A stretch of 64,000 nucleotides of DNA from Ignavibacteriales bacterium (lineage in GTDB: Bacteria; Bacteroidota; Ignavibacteria; Ignavibacteriales; Melioribacteraceae). The position numbers and the translations under genes were made by a program. Below the pieces are notes generated by a model, which was given only the letters and a program-made list of their open reading frames with translations, searched no databases and was not told the DNA's origin. Shown here piece by piece: positions 9,654 through 18,836 of the stretch. The stretch lies in NCBI GenBank assembly GCA_020061355.1, contig JAGUYK010000025.1, forward strand, positions 47,815-111,814, written 5' to 3'. Positions within the stretch are counted from its first letter, which is position 1. Each line of letters starts with the position of its first letter.

Positions 9654-9751
9654 TATCTCTTCATAACTGGCGATAATGGAGCCGTAATAAAAAATCTCTT
9701 ATCAAATAAGGGACGGATTTTTTATAAAGTAATAACCGATGGAGGTTCAAG

Positions 9752-10138
9752 ATGACGAATGAAGCAAAAGGAATGGGAAAAGGTCTGTTGATTGGAATTT
9801 TTACCGGCGCTGCTGTCGGATCAATCATTGCACTTCTCTATGCTCCTAAATCCGGTAAAAAGTTGCGCGAGGAAATAAAAACCAAATCACAGGATTTTAC
9901 CGAGGATGCCGAAAAGTATATTTCGAATGCTAAAAGGAAAGCGTCACATTTGATCGAAGATGTAAAAAAAAAGTTCGAATCTTTGGTTACTGAAGCTGAG
10001 GATAATGTAGATGCTATTCTGGATGAATCCGAAAAGGTTCTTAAAAACGCAAAAGACAAAGTTGAAGATTATGTCGAATCCGGTAAAGTAAGTTTAAGAA
10101 AAAAAGCAACCTCGTTAAATTCGCATAGGCGTGAATAA
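9752..10138 (+). CDS. YtxH-domain (general-stress-type) protein
   Basis: N-terminal GLLIGIFTGAAVGSIIALLYAPKSGKKLREEIK is the YtxH signature, followed by a charged helical region. SD GGAGG lies 8 nt upstream. Confidence 0.85.
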   Translation: MTNEAKGMGKGLLIGIFTGAAVGSIIALLYAPKSGKKLREEIKTKSQDFTEDAEKYISNAKRKASHLIEDVKKKFESLVTEAEDNVDAILDESEKVLKNAKDKVEDYVESGKVSLRKKATSLNSHRRE

Positions 10139-10173
10139 AATAGATATATAATTGAAAAGGAAGATTGAATAGA

Positions 10174-10554
10174 ATGACTTTAATTGATGTTTTTGTGATA
10201 GTCTTAATCCTTACGGCTTTCTCACTCTCTATTTTTGTTATTGTATTTTTAAAAAGAATTTACATGCAAGCAGTAACGGTTCAAAAAGATATTCACCGGC
10301 TTGTTGAAAATACAATCCCCGTTATGAGTAATTTAAAAGAGGTTACTGAACGTGCAAACAGGATAGTGACGGGAGTTGAGGGATACTATAATGAAGCTGA
10401 TTGCTTGATTAAAAATGTGCGTGAACGAATTTCAATCCTAACTTCTAATAGAAGATTTCGTTCTGTCGAGCGCCCCGTCAAGTACATAGTCAATAATATA
10501 AGGGCATTGGCAAGCGGCACTTCTGCTTTCTTGAATTCATATAAACATAAGTAA
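10174..10554 (+). CDS. DUF948-like membrane-anchored protein
   Basis: Single N-terminal TM helix then a helical region. This is the usual size and architecture of DUF948 proteins, which often sit next to YtxH genes. ATG 10174 preferred over TTG 10165. Confidence 0.5.
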   Translation: MTLIDVFVIVLILTAFSLSIFVIVFLKRIYMQAVTVQKDIHRLVENTIPVMSNLKEVTERANRIVTGVEGYYNEADCLIKNVRERISILTSNRRFRSVERPVKYIVNNIRALASGTSAFLNSYKHK

Positions 10555-10816
10555 TTTTTGTAATAAGACTTCTAATCACGGTGCGTATCAAAATATTGTA
10601 TCCAAATAGTATGTCTCATATTTTGGGATCGCGTTATTCTTATGCATTCAAATTCCTCATCTTTATCTCTCAAAGTAAAAGCTACTTTCATAACATCCCT
10701 GGATAATTAATATTAAATATTCGCAAGAATATTGCAAAGCACGTGCATCTTTCTAATTCTTTTAAACTGCTATCGATACTTATTTATTAATTGACGAATA
10801 ATTATTTATCGTTAAC

Positions 10817-10860
10817 CTACCCAAAAGAAGTAGTTCCTTTTTCATCCCTTCGATTCATTT
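10817..10860 (+). promoter_or_regulatory. conserved upstream element, copy 4 (3' part divergent)
   Basis: CTACCCAAAAGAAGTAGTTCCTTTTTCATCCCTTCGATTCATTT. Followed by TTTACA-N17-TACCTT, which is homologous to the region after copy 9. 141 nt upstream of ATG 11001. Confidence 0.7.
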
Positions 10861-11000
10861 ACACATTCATAATATCTACTTACCTTATTATGGAATTAAT
10901 ATCGGTCACTATTTCAATAACAAGTAGAGATTAATATGAACAAAATTGCAAGAGCAATTATTCGAACAGAAAATCTTTAATAAACTAAAAGGAGATTCAC

Positions 11001-12092
11001 ATGAAAACCTATACAAAAGATCCAACAAATGTATTAAGTAGATTTAAGCGCTTACTCGGTGCTATGCTTATTATTGCTTTGATGATGCCTGCCATAGCCA
11101 TCTCTCAATCGTCACCGTCAAGAGTGAATCTTGGAACGGCTGGGGATTTCGTAATTCTATCCAAAACAGGAATCTCAACAACGGGAGCTTCTCAAATTAC
11201 CGGAGATATTGGCGTTAGTCCTGCTGCAGCAACATACTTAACCGGATTTGGATTAATCATGGATGCCTCAGGTACGTACTCCACATCATCATTAATTACC
11301 GGTAAAGCATATGCAGCCGATTATACTTCCCCTACACCAACTAAAATGACTACAGCTGTGGGCGATATGGAAACCGCTTACACCGACGCGGCAGGACGTA
11401 CAAATCCTAATTTCACTGAACTGTATAGTGGAGATATTACAGGCAAAACCCTGACTCCCGGTCTTTACAAGTGGGGTACCGGAATACTAATTTCTGCAGC
11501 CGGTGTTACAATCTCTGGCACTTCAAGCGATATCTGGATTTTCCAGATTGCACAAAATCTGACCGTAGATAACGGTGCTATTGTAACATTAAGCGGCGGT
11601 GCTCAAGCTTCCAACATTTTCTGGCAAGTTGCCGGACAGGTTAATCTTGGAACATCTGCTGCCATGAAAGGAATTATTTTGTGTCAGACTGCGATTGCGA
11701 TGAATACCGGAGCAACACTCGACGGCAGGGCACTGGCGCAGACCGCAGTTACTTTAAACGCTAATGCTGTTTCTAAACCTGCAATTGCGACCTCCGTTAA
11801 GAATACTATTGTACCTCAAGCATTCGCACTATTCCAGAACTACCCTAATCCATTCAATCCATCAACCACGATTCAATACAATCTTAGTAAAGCTGCGAAT
11901 GTTTCTTTAAAGGTCTATAATGTACTTGGTAATGAAGTTGCCACACTCGTGAGAAGTAATCAGGAAGCAGGCAGCTATAGTGTACCTTTTGGCAATAGTA
12001 GAGAAACATTAGATCTTTCAAGCGGTGTATATTTCTATCGTCTTGAAGCCGGATCCTATGTCGCCACAAAGAAGTTCATTTTAATGAAGTAG
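11001..12092 (+). CDS. DUF3494 (ice-binding-like fold) secreted protein with T9SS C-terminal sorting domain
   Basis: LGTAGDFVILSKTGIS, GDIGVSPAA, ETAYTDAAGR, DIWIFQIAQ, NIFWQVAGQV, DGRALAQTAVTL. C-terminal NYPNPFNPSTT...GVYFYRLEAG...KKFILMK. SD AAGGAG upstream. Confidence 0.85.
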   Translation: MKTYTKDPTNVLSRFKRLLGAMLIIALMMPAIAISQSSPSRVNLGTAGDFVILSKTGISTTGASQITGDIGVSPAAATYLTGFGLIMDASGTYSTSSLITGKAYAADYTSPTPTKMTTAVGDMETAYTDAAGRTNPNFTELYSGDITGKTLTPGLYKWGTGILISAAGVTISGTSSDIWIFQIAQNLTVDNGAIVTLSGGAQASNIFWQVAGQVNLGTSAAMKGIILCQTAIAMNTGATLDGRALAQTAVTLNANAVSKPAIATSVKNTIVPQAFALFQNYPNPFNPSTTIQYNLSKAANVSLKVYNVLGNEVATLVRSNQEAGSYSVPFGNSRETLDLSSGVYFYRLEAGSYVATKKFILMK

Positions 12093-12127
12093 TTTTTTTG
12101 GATGAAGTTAAACAAATCAAAAATTTC

Positions 12128-12160
12128 AAGGCTGTCTCATTTGAGCAGCCTTTTATTTTT
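12128..12160 (+). terminator. rho-independent terminator
   Basis: AAGGCTG-loop(10)-CAGCCTT followed by TTTATTTTT, 36 nt after the stop at 12092. Confidence 0.7.
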
Positions 12161-12246
12161 CAGAAATAATCAAGTTCTATAAATAATTGTAAGCATTAAA
12201 TAAAAAGGATGATAGAGATTTAATAATTAACTAACGAATAATTGCC

Positions 12247-12290
12247 CACCCCAAAAGATGTAATCCCTTTTTCATCCTTTTGGACTATGG
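12247..12290 (+). promoter_or_regulatory. conserved upstream element, copy 5 (3' part divergent)
   Basis: CACCCCAAAAGATGTAATCCCTTTTTCATCCTTTTGGACTATGG, 188 nt upstream of ATG 12478. No clean -35/-10 found downstream. Confidence 0.65.
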
Positions 12291-12477
12291 TTTTATTATT
12301 AAGATGTTTTTACAATTCGATTGGATAAAAAAGACAAAACAGAAAAAGTTTCTCTAAGGGGTTGTGCTATTTTTTAACAGAGGAATGTTGGTATCAATCA
12401 ATATTAGGCATGACAGAACTTAATAAAAGTAGAAAAAAAATAAAGGAATATTTGTATCATCTCTGGAGAAAATACTT

Positions 12478-14199
12478 ATGAAAAAAAACATATTAAACTT
12501 TCAGCGAAAAATACTTCCTAAGGCTCCCACAAGTATTCAAGGATTGGACGAAATAACAGGCGGTGGATTACCGAAAGGGAGACCAACTCTTGTATGCGGA
12601 GGTGCAGGCTGCGGAAAAACCCTATTTGCAATGGAGTTCCTCGTTCGCGGTGCAACTCTGTACAATGAACCCGGCGTATATATTTCGTTCGAAGAAACTG
12701 AAAAAGAACTGACAGCTAACGTTGCTTCGTTGGGATTCGATTTAAATGACCTTGTAAAACGAAAAAAGATTTGGCTTGAACACGTTCATATTGAACGCGG
12801 TGAAATTGAAAAGAGCGGGGAATATGACTTGAAAGGATTGTTTGTCCGTATCCATCACGCAATTGAAAACATAAAGGCAAAGCGTTTAGTACTGGATACT
12901 ATTGAATCACTTTTTTCAGCTCTTCCGAACTCAACTATTGTTCGCACAGAACTGCGGCGGTTATTCGGCTGGCTGAAAAAGAAAGGTGTTACGGCAATAA
13001 TCACCGGAGAACGGGGGAATGAAACTTTAACACGTCAGGGTTTGGAAGAGTATGTTTCCGATTGTGTTATACTTTTGGATCATCGAGTGAGCGATCAATC
13101 ATCCATACGACGATTACGAATTGTTAAATACCGTGGGTCAATGCACGGAACAAATGAATATCCTTTCTTAATTGATGAGGATGGTTTTTCTATATTACCT
13201 GTAACCTCGCTTGGCTTGAATCATATTTCATCTAAAGAAAGAATTTCCACCGGCATTCCGCGTCTTGATACTATGCTTTCCGGAAAAGGTTACTATCGTG
13301 GCAGTACAGTGCTTGTTTCAGGTACCGCTGGTACAGGTAAAACAAGTCTTGCAGCGCAATTTGTTCAAGCTGCATGTAAACGTGGTGAACGTGTTCTTTA
13401 TTTTGCTTTCGAAGAATCCCCGAGTCAATTTATGCGCAACATGGCTTCGATCGGAATTCATCTGGAACCGTGGGTGAAAAAAGGATTACTCCACTTTCAC
13501 GCAACACGACCAACACTGCATGGATTGGAACATCATTTAACAACTTCTATTAAATTAATTAATGAAGTTAAACCGCAAATAGTTGTTCTCGATCCTATTG
13601 ATGCATTCGTGATGGGAGGGAACCAGACTGAAGTTAAAATAATGCTGCTGCGCCTTGTGGACTTTTTAAAGATGAGAAATATCACTGCATTCTTTGCAAG
13701 CTTAACTAACTCAGGAGAGAACCAGGAGCTAACGGATATGTCAATATCCTCACTAATAGATACATGGCTGCTATTGCGTGATATCGAATTTGGCGGTGAA
13801 CGAAACAGGGGATTGTATATTCTTAAATCGCGGGGTATGTCGCATTCCAATCAAATCCGTGAGTTTATACTTACCGACAGTGGAATTGATCTGCTTGATG
13901 TCTATGTTGGTCCCGAAGGCGTTCTTACCGGCTCGGCTCGATTGGCGCAAGAAGCGAAAAACTATGAAGAACAATTGCTGCATCAACAAGACATTGAACG
14001 GAAACAACTCGAATTAGAACTTAAACGTGCGGCTGTAGAAGCTCATATTGCAGTATTACAGTCTGAATTCAAATCAGAAGAATCAGATACACTCAAGATT
14101 ATCGAGATGGAAAAAGCAAAAACCGAAAGGGTTGTACAGGTTCAGAAAAAAATGGCGGAGAGTAGAAAAGCGGATAAACTCGTGAAAAAACCGGCATAA
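12478..14199 (+). CDS. kaiC: KaiC-family double RecA-like ATPase with C-terminal coiled-coil extension
   Basis: Two KaiC domains. Walker A motifs GGAGCGKT and GTAGTGKT. Catalytic EE pairs YISFEE and YFAFEE. SISSLIDTWLLL aligns with the S. elongatus KaiC phospho-site segment HISTITDTIILL. About 80 extra C-terminal residues are heptad-like and charged (EAKNYEEQLLHQQDIERKQLELELKRAAVEAHIAVLQSEF...). Confidence 0.85.
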   Translation: MKKNILNFQRKILPKAPTSIQGLDEITGGGLPKGRPTLVCGGAGCGKTLFAMEFLVRGATLYNEPGVYISFEETEKELTANVASLGFDLNDLVKRKKIWLEHVHIERGEIEKSGEYDLKGLFVRIHHAIENIKAKRLVLDTIESLFSALPNSTIVRTELRRLFGWLKKKGVTAIITGERGNETLTRQGLEEYVSDCVILLDHRVSDQSSIRRLRIVKYRGSMHGTNEYPFLIDEDGFSILPVTSLGLNHISSKERISTGIPRLDTMLSGKGYYRGSTVLVSGTAGTGKTSLAAQFVQAACKRGERVLYFAFEESPSQFMRNMASIGIHLEPWVKKGLLHFHATRPTLHGLEHHLTTSIKLINEVKPQIVVLDPIDAFVMGGNQTEVKIMLLRLVDFLKMRNITAFFASLTNSGENQELTDMSISSLIDTWLLLRDIEFGGERNRGLYILKSRGMSHSNQIREFILTDSGIDLLDVYVGPEGVLTGSARLAQEAKNYEEQLLHQQDIERKQLELELKRAAVEAHIAVLQSEFKSEESDTLKIIEMEKAKTERVVQVQKKMAESRKADKLVKKPA

Positions 14200-14233
14200 C
14201 GATTAAGGGGAGTTTTTTTAGATATAAAATGAT

Positions 14234-15085
14234 ATGGCTAAAATGGAAAAAATAATTTTTATGCAAACTAATTATGAAAAGCAGGAAGAAAAAGCCAAAC
14301 AGGATAATTCTTCAATTATTATTTCTGATTCTGTATTTAGGAAATTCTTTATTGAAGTCTATTCAATTACAATTTTTACTCTGCGATTTTTCAAAGAAGT
14401 ATTGAAACCGCCGTATGAATTCAATGAACTTATGAAGCAATCTTTTCTAATCGGTTACAAATCACTTCCTTTGATAGTTATTACCGGATTTATAATTGGA
14501 CTTGTACTTACTATTCAAACAAGACCGACTTTGGCAAAATTTGGTGCAGAATCGTGGTTGCCTGCAATGGTGGCGGTTTCAATTATAAGGGAAATAGGAC
14601 CGGTTATTACTGCGTTAATCTTTGCTGGAAAAGTCGGATCGGGAATCGGGGCAGAATTGGCATCAATGAATGTAACAGAACAAATTGATGCTATGCAGGT
14701 ATCTGATACAAATCCATTTAAATATCTTGTTGTAACCAGGGTGGTTTCTGCAACATTGATTCTTCCGCTATTAGTAATTTTTGCAGATGCTGTTGGTTTA
14801 TTAGGTTCTTATGTAGGGGTTAACATAAAAGGAAATGTCAGCGCTTACTTTTATTTTTCACAGGTATTTCAAAGCCTCGAATTTGCTGATCTGTTCCCTG
14901 CCATCATCAAAACATTTTTCTTCGGATTCGCCATCGGACTAATAGGAAGTTATAAAGGATATAATTCAAACAAAGGTACTGAAGGTGTGGGAAAAGCGGC
15001 AAACTCAGCCGTTGTATTCGCATCTTTAATGGTTTTTTTAATTGATATGATAGCAGTACAAATTACAAGTTTGCTTCAAAACTAA
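14234..15085 (+). CDS. mlaE: MlaE-family ABC transporter permease
   Basis: Polytopic permease with REIGPVITALIFAGKVGSGIGAELASMNVTEQIDAM, typical of the MlaE/YrbE family. The start could be a downstream Met. Confidence 0.8.
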   Translation: MAKMEKIIFMQTNYEKQEEKAKQDNSSIIISDSVFRKFFIEVYSITIFTLRFFKEVLKPPYEFNELMKQSFLIGYKSLPLIVITGFIIGLVLTIQTRPTLAKFGAESWLPAMVAVSIIREIGPVITALIFAGKVGSGIGAELASMNVTEQIDAMQVSDTNPFKYLVVTRVVSATLILPLLVIFADAVGLLGSYVGVNIKGNVSAYFYFSQVFQSLEFADLFPAIIKTFFFGFAIGLIGSYKGYNSNKGTEGVGKAANSAVVFASLMVFLIDMIAVQITSLLQN

Positions 15086-15102
15086 ATTGAGCAGTTGGAA
15101 GA

Positions 15103-15882
15103 ATGATAGAAAACGGAACTTCAATAAAAATTGAAAATGATAATAAACAGAACGGTACTGTTATTGTTGAGATGCAGCATCTTAAAAAATCTTTTGGGAA
15201 CAACCATGTTCTGAGGGATATTAATCTGGTTGTTCATAAAGGAGAAAACCTGGTAATACTCGGACAATCAGGAACAGGTAAATCAGTCCTTATTAAATGT
15301 ATTGTTGGATTGGTCGAAATTGACGAAGGCAAACTTATGATATTCGGGCAGGATGTTTCTGAATTGAAGAATAAAGAATTAGTTAAGATATACAAAAAGA
15401 TCGGTTTCCTTTTCCAAAGCGGGGCACTATATGATTCCATGTCGGTAAGAGAAAATCTTGAATTCCCGCTAAGGAGACAAATGCGATCAATGAAAAAAAA
15501 AGAAATGGACGTTCTTATTAAAGAAGCATTGGAAGATGTTGGACTTGAAGAAGCAATTGATCTGTCTCCCTCGGAGCTTTCAGGTGGAATGCGCAAAAGA
15601 TTAGGTCTAGCCCGAACCTTGATTTTAAAACCCGAGATTATGCTTTATGACGAACCTACAACTGGACTGGATCCTATAACATCAAAAGAAATAAGTAATC
15701 TCATAATGGAAGTACAAAAAAAATATAACACTTCTTCAATCATAATCACTCATGATATTGAATGCACCAAACTTACGGCAAATAGAATCATAGTGATTAA
15801 GGATGGTGTATGTGCAGCAGAAGGGTCGTATGAAGATCTTGAGAAATCGAGTGATCCATGGATAAGATCGTTTTTTGAATAA
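15103..15882 (+). CDS. mlaF: ABC transporter ATP-binding protein (MlaF-like)
   Basis: Walker A GQSGTGKS, signature LSGGMRKR, Walker B IMLYDEPTTGLD. Confidence 0.85.
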   Translation: MIENGTSIKIENDNKQNGTVIVEMQHLKKSFGNNHVLRDINLVVHKGENLVILGQSGTGKSVLIKCIVGLVEIDEGKLMIFGQDVSELKNKELVKIYKKIGFLFQSGALYDSMSVRENLEFPLRRQMRSMKKKEMDVLIKEALEDVGLEEAIDLSPSELSGGMRKRLGLARTLILKPEIMLYDEPTTGLDPITSKEISNLIMEVQKKYNTSSIIITHDIECTKLTANRIIVIKDGVCAAEGSYEDLEKSSDPWIRSFFE

Positions 15883-15912
15883 AACATAAGACAATAATTA
15901 AGAGTAAATAAA

Positions 15913-16779
15913 ATGAAAAAGAGTACATCTAATAAAATGAGATTGGGAATATTTATTTCCATTGGAATAGTGCTGCTAATTTTAGGCATCTATTTTATCG
16001 GTGAGAAACAGCAATTATTTAGAAGCACTTTTCGTGTAACAGGAGTATTTAAAAATGTATCCGGGCTTCAAATAGGCAATAACGTTCGGTTATCAGGAGT
16101 AAATGTAGGAACCGTTGATAATATTAGCATTGTCTCCGATACTTCAGTAAGTGTAGAAATTATGATCGATGAAAATGCCCGGCAGTTTATAAAGAAGGAT
16201 GCTATTGCAAGCATCGGCTCGGAGGGACTGATGGGAAATAAAGCATTAATTATTAATCCCGGAACGGGTGGAAAAAAGAGAATAGAAAGCGGAGATATCA
16301 TTGCTACAAGTATGCCGATTGATATTGATAGTATATTGATGAAATTAAAAACAACAGTTGAAAATACAGCCGATATTACAGGTGATTTGGCAAGTATGAC
16401 AAGGAATATTGAGTCAGGAAAAGGAACAATTGGAAGATTGATAATGGATAAATCGTGGAGGGAAAATTTCGAAACTACTTTTATTAATTTAAGAAAAGGT
16501 TCCACCGAGTTCAGAATTCTTATGGAGAAAGCGAATGATATCGACCAGGCAATATTATCCGTAAAAGAAGCTATTGAGAATACATCCAATATCACAAGTG
16601 ATTTGGCTAAGATTACCGCCAGCATAGAATCGGGAGAAGGAACTATCGGACGACTATTAATGGATAGATCAATGGCTCAAAATATCGATTCTACTTTTAT
16701 AAAATTGAAAGAAGGAGCCGCCGGACTTAAAATACTTATGGAGAAGGCAAAAAGCAGTTGGCTGCTATGGGGTTTTTAA
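15913..16779 (+). CDS. mlaD: MlaD/MCE-domain protein with duplicated C-terminal helical module
   Basis: N-terminal TM helix plus MCE domain (VTGVFKNVSGLQIGNNVRLSGVNVGTVDNI). Two 72-aa repeats follow (…ITGDLASMTRNIESGKGTIGRLIMDKS… and …ITSDLAKITASIESGEGTIGRLLMDRS…). Confidence 0.8.
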   Translation: MKKSTSNKMRLGIFISIGIVLLILGIYFIGEKQQLFRSTFRVTGVFKNVSGLQIGNNVRLSGVNVGTVDNISIVSDTSVSVEIMIDENARQFIKKDAIASIGSEGLMGNKALIINPGTGGKKRIESGDIIATSMPIDIDSILMKLKTTVENTADITGDLASMTRNIESGKGTIGRLIMDKSWRENFETTFINLRKGSTEFRILMEKANDIDQAILSVKEAIENTSNITSDLAKITASIESGEGTIGRLLMDRSMAQNIDSTFIKLKEGAAGLKILMEKAKSSWLLWGF

Positions 16780-16814
16780 ATTATGAAAATTTTTCATATC
16801 ACCTGGAAAGAGAG

Positions 16815-16857
16815 CTCCAAATGATGTAGTCCCTTTTTCATCCTTTCGGTCTATTTC
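16815..16857 (+). promoter_or_regulatory. conserved upstream element, copy 6 (3' part divergent)
   Basis: CTCCAAATGATGTAGTCCCTTTTTCATCCTTTCGGTCTATTTC, 99 nt upstream of ATG 16956. Confidence 0.65.
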
Positions 16858-16955
16858 TTAGGCGCAAGATATTAAATAACTTCTTACAGGTTAATTGCCT
16901 TAATGGTTATCAAATAATTAACCAATATATAATCAATTAAATAAAAGGAGCAGTA

Positions 16956-17384
16956 ATGAAAACACGAATAATTTTTGGATCAATCCTTATTATGTTTCTC
17001 TTTACCCTCCCTGCTATTGCAGGTGGTAAAGACCAAATTCAAAAATATTTCAGCGATGCAGCAAAGAAAGTAAACGCTGCTGAAAACGCATCGGAGAAAC
17101 GGGATATTCTAGACAAATCATTTAAGAACATGTTCAATGCACTGGAAAAAGTTCAAAACTCCGGTTTCGTCTCACAAGACGAAAGCAAGGGTATTGATCT
17201 TTTCAAAGCTACAATGAAAGAAAGGCAAGATGAGTTAATTGGCGCCAATGGCTACGAACGAGTAGCGGATTCTCAACTAAATGACTTCGCGAATTACGTA
17301 GTGCAGGATATGGAGCAGGCATCGATAACCATCAGTCTACTCGCGCTGGTTTTGATTATTATTCTACTTGTATATTTATTGTAA
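16956..17384 (+). CDS. hypothetical secreted protein with C-terminal TM anchor
   Basis: Signal peptide MKTRIIFGSILIMFLFTLPAIAG, C-terminal hydrophobic ITISLLALVLIIILLVYLL. SD AAGGAG upstream. Confidence 0.6.
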   Translation: MKTRIIFGSILIMFLFTLPAIAGGKDQIQKYFSDAAKKVNAAENASEKRDILDKSFKNMFNALEKVQNSGFVSQDESKGIDLFKATMKERQDELIGANGYERVADSQLNDFANYVVQDMEQASITISLLALVLIIILLVYLL

Positions 17385-17426
17385 AATTATAACTGTACGA
17401 GTCAACATATTCAATGTACGCGATTT

Positions 17427-18554
17427 ATGCTAAACCCGAATATTCTATTGGTTAGGAGCGCTACATACTCGAAGCTCTACGTGAGTTTTGTTTGTGCAGC
17501 GCTGCTGGCGTTTCTATCTTCATGCAGCGCAGATCTTTCCATTCAGCGTGAGTCTTATCTAACAGAGGAGAGCATAATTGCAACCCACTACTCAATCGTA
17601 TTTGTCATTCATGGTGACGGTGACTATTTATATCACGATACTAACGGTAACAAATACAAAGCAGACGAAGTGACATTGGCAAAAGCAAAAAGGGTTGCAC
17701 AGCAAAACCCTCATGCAGAAGTCTTCATCTTTTATCAAAAACCAAGGAAACATTTTTTGTTCTTTTTACCTCTTAAGGATGGGGAATTCTACTATTACCG
17801 GAATGGATATCTGATTGTAAATGAATTGTACTGGCGAGATCAGGAAGAATCAAACTTTAATATTGAAGTAGGATTTTATCATCGCTTCCGTGCAAACAAA
17901 CAGAACGAGATAGCAAATGTCTTTCTCTACTTTGGTCACGAAATCCCTGAGTTCGGAGGCGCTGGTTACGATGCATCTTATCCGGATCGGAAGTTTACTG
18001 TTCATGACCTTGCGAACGGATTGAAAAACTTAAAACAAGATTCCACAAGGTTCGATCTAATGATACTTTCTACTTGTTTTGGAGGAACACCTTACACAAT
18101 CGGAACGCTGGGACCCTTTGCGAAATATATCATCGCTTCTCCCGAAAATCTTCATTTATCCTACTTCGATCTGCAATTACTGGAGCAGTTGGATCTCAAT
18201 TTGATCGAAGGAGAGATACCGGCTTTTGCAAAAAGATTCGCTAACCTGGCATTCAATCGGTTGACAAAGGATGTTCAAACAGCGGTTAGTGTTGCTCTCT
18301 ACGATGTGGATCGCGTTCAGGAATTCATAAACTCAGTTTACAAAATTTATGATCATACTTTGACCACTTTGAGAGGAGATACAAGAACTCACCTTACAAC
18401 TGTCGAACACTGCGACTGTGCCGATATTCCTGAGTATTCTCTGCCAACGATAAGTGATGGGGTTTATGTATTATACCGTCCGGCGAACTTTGGGCGATTA
18501 AAGAATAAACAGAACCATTCAGGGTGGGAATGCTGGAGGGAAATCATTCCATAG
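17427..18554 (+). CDS. lipoprotein, possible clostripain-like (C11-type) cysteine peptidase
   Basis: Lipobox LSSC. His/Cys dyad-like segments LYFGHE and MILSTCFGGTPY...KYIIASPE resemble the C11 pattern GHG ... DAC(L/F)MG ... Y(L/I)(V/I)ASEE. Weak, memory-based call. Confidence 0.4.
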   Translation: MLNPNILLVRSATYSKLYVSFVCAALLAFLSSCSADLSIQRESYLTEESIIATHYSIVFVIHGDGDYLYHDTNGNKYKADEVTLAKAKRVAQQNPHAEVFIFYQKPRKHFLFFLPLKDGEFYYYRNGYLIVNELYWRDQEESNFNIEVGFYHRFRANKQNEIANVFLYFGHEIPEFGGAGYDASYPDRKFTVHDLANGLKNLKQDSTRFDLMILSTCFGGTPYTIGTLGPFAKYIIASPENLHLSYFDLQLLEQLDLNLIEGEIPAFAKRFANLAFNRLTKDVQTAVSVALYDVDRVQEFINSVYKIYDHTLTTLRGDTRTHLTTVEHCDCADIPEYSLPTISDGVYVLYRPANFGRLKNKQNHSGWECWREIIP

Positions 18555-18836
18555 AGTGGCATGCCGCAATAAAGGCAGCGCTATTGATTTCAGGTTCTAA
18601 ATAAAAACTAATAAAAAATGATACTTTTTATAGGAGTCCAATTAAAATTTTAAATAGTTATAACACTTTCAAAAATGTTCAATTGCTTTTATTATTTTAA
18701 TATTGTATAATCTATTGAAATAATTTCGTTTTGAATGTTATAACATTCTCCCGGAACATTATTTCGACTTCTTTGTGGTTGAATCATTCTTATTGATAGA
18801 ATTTCTTAAGAAAAGTAATTTATAATTGAAGGGGCT

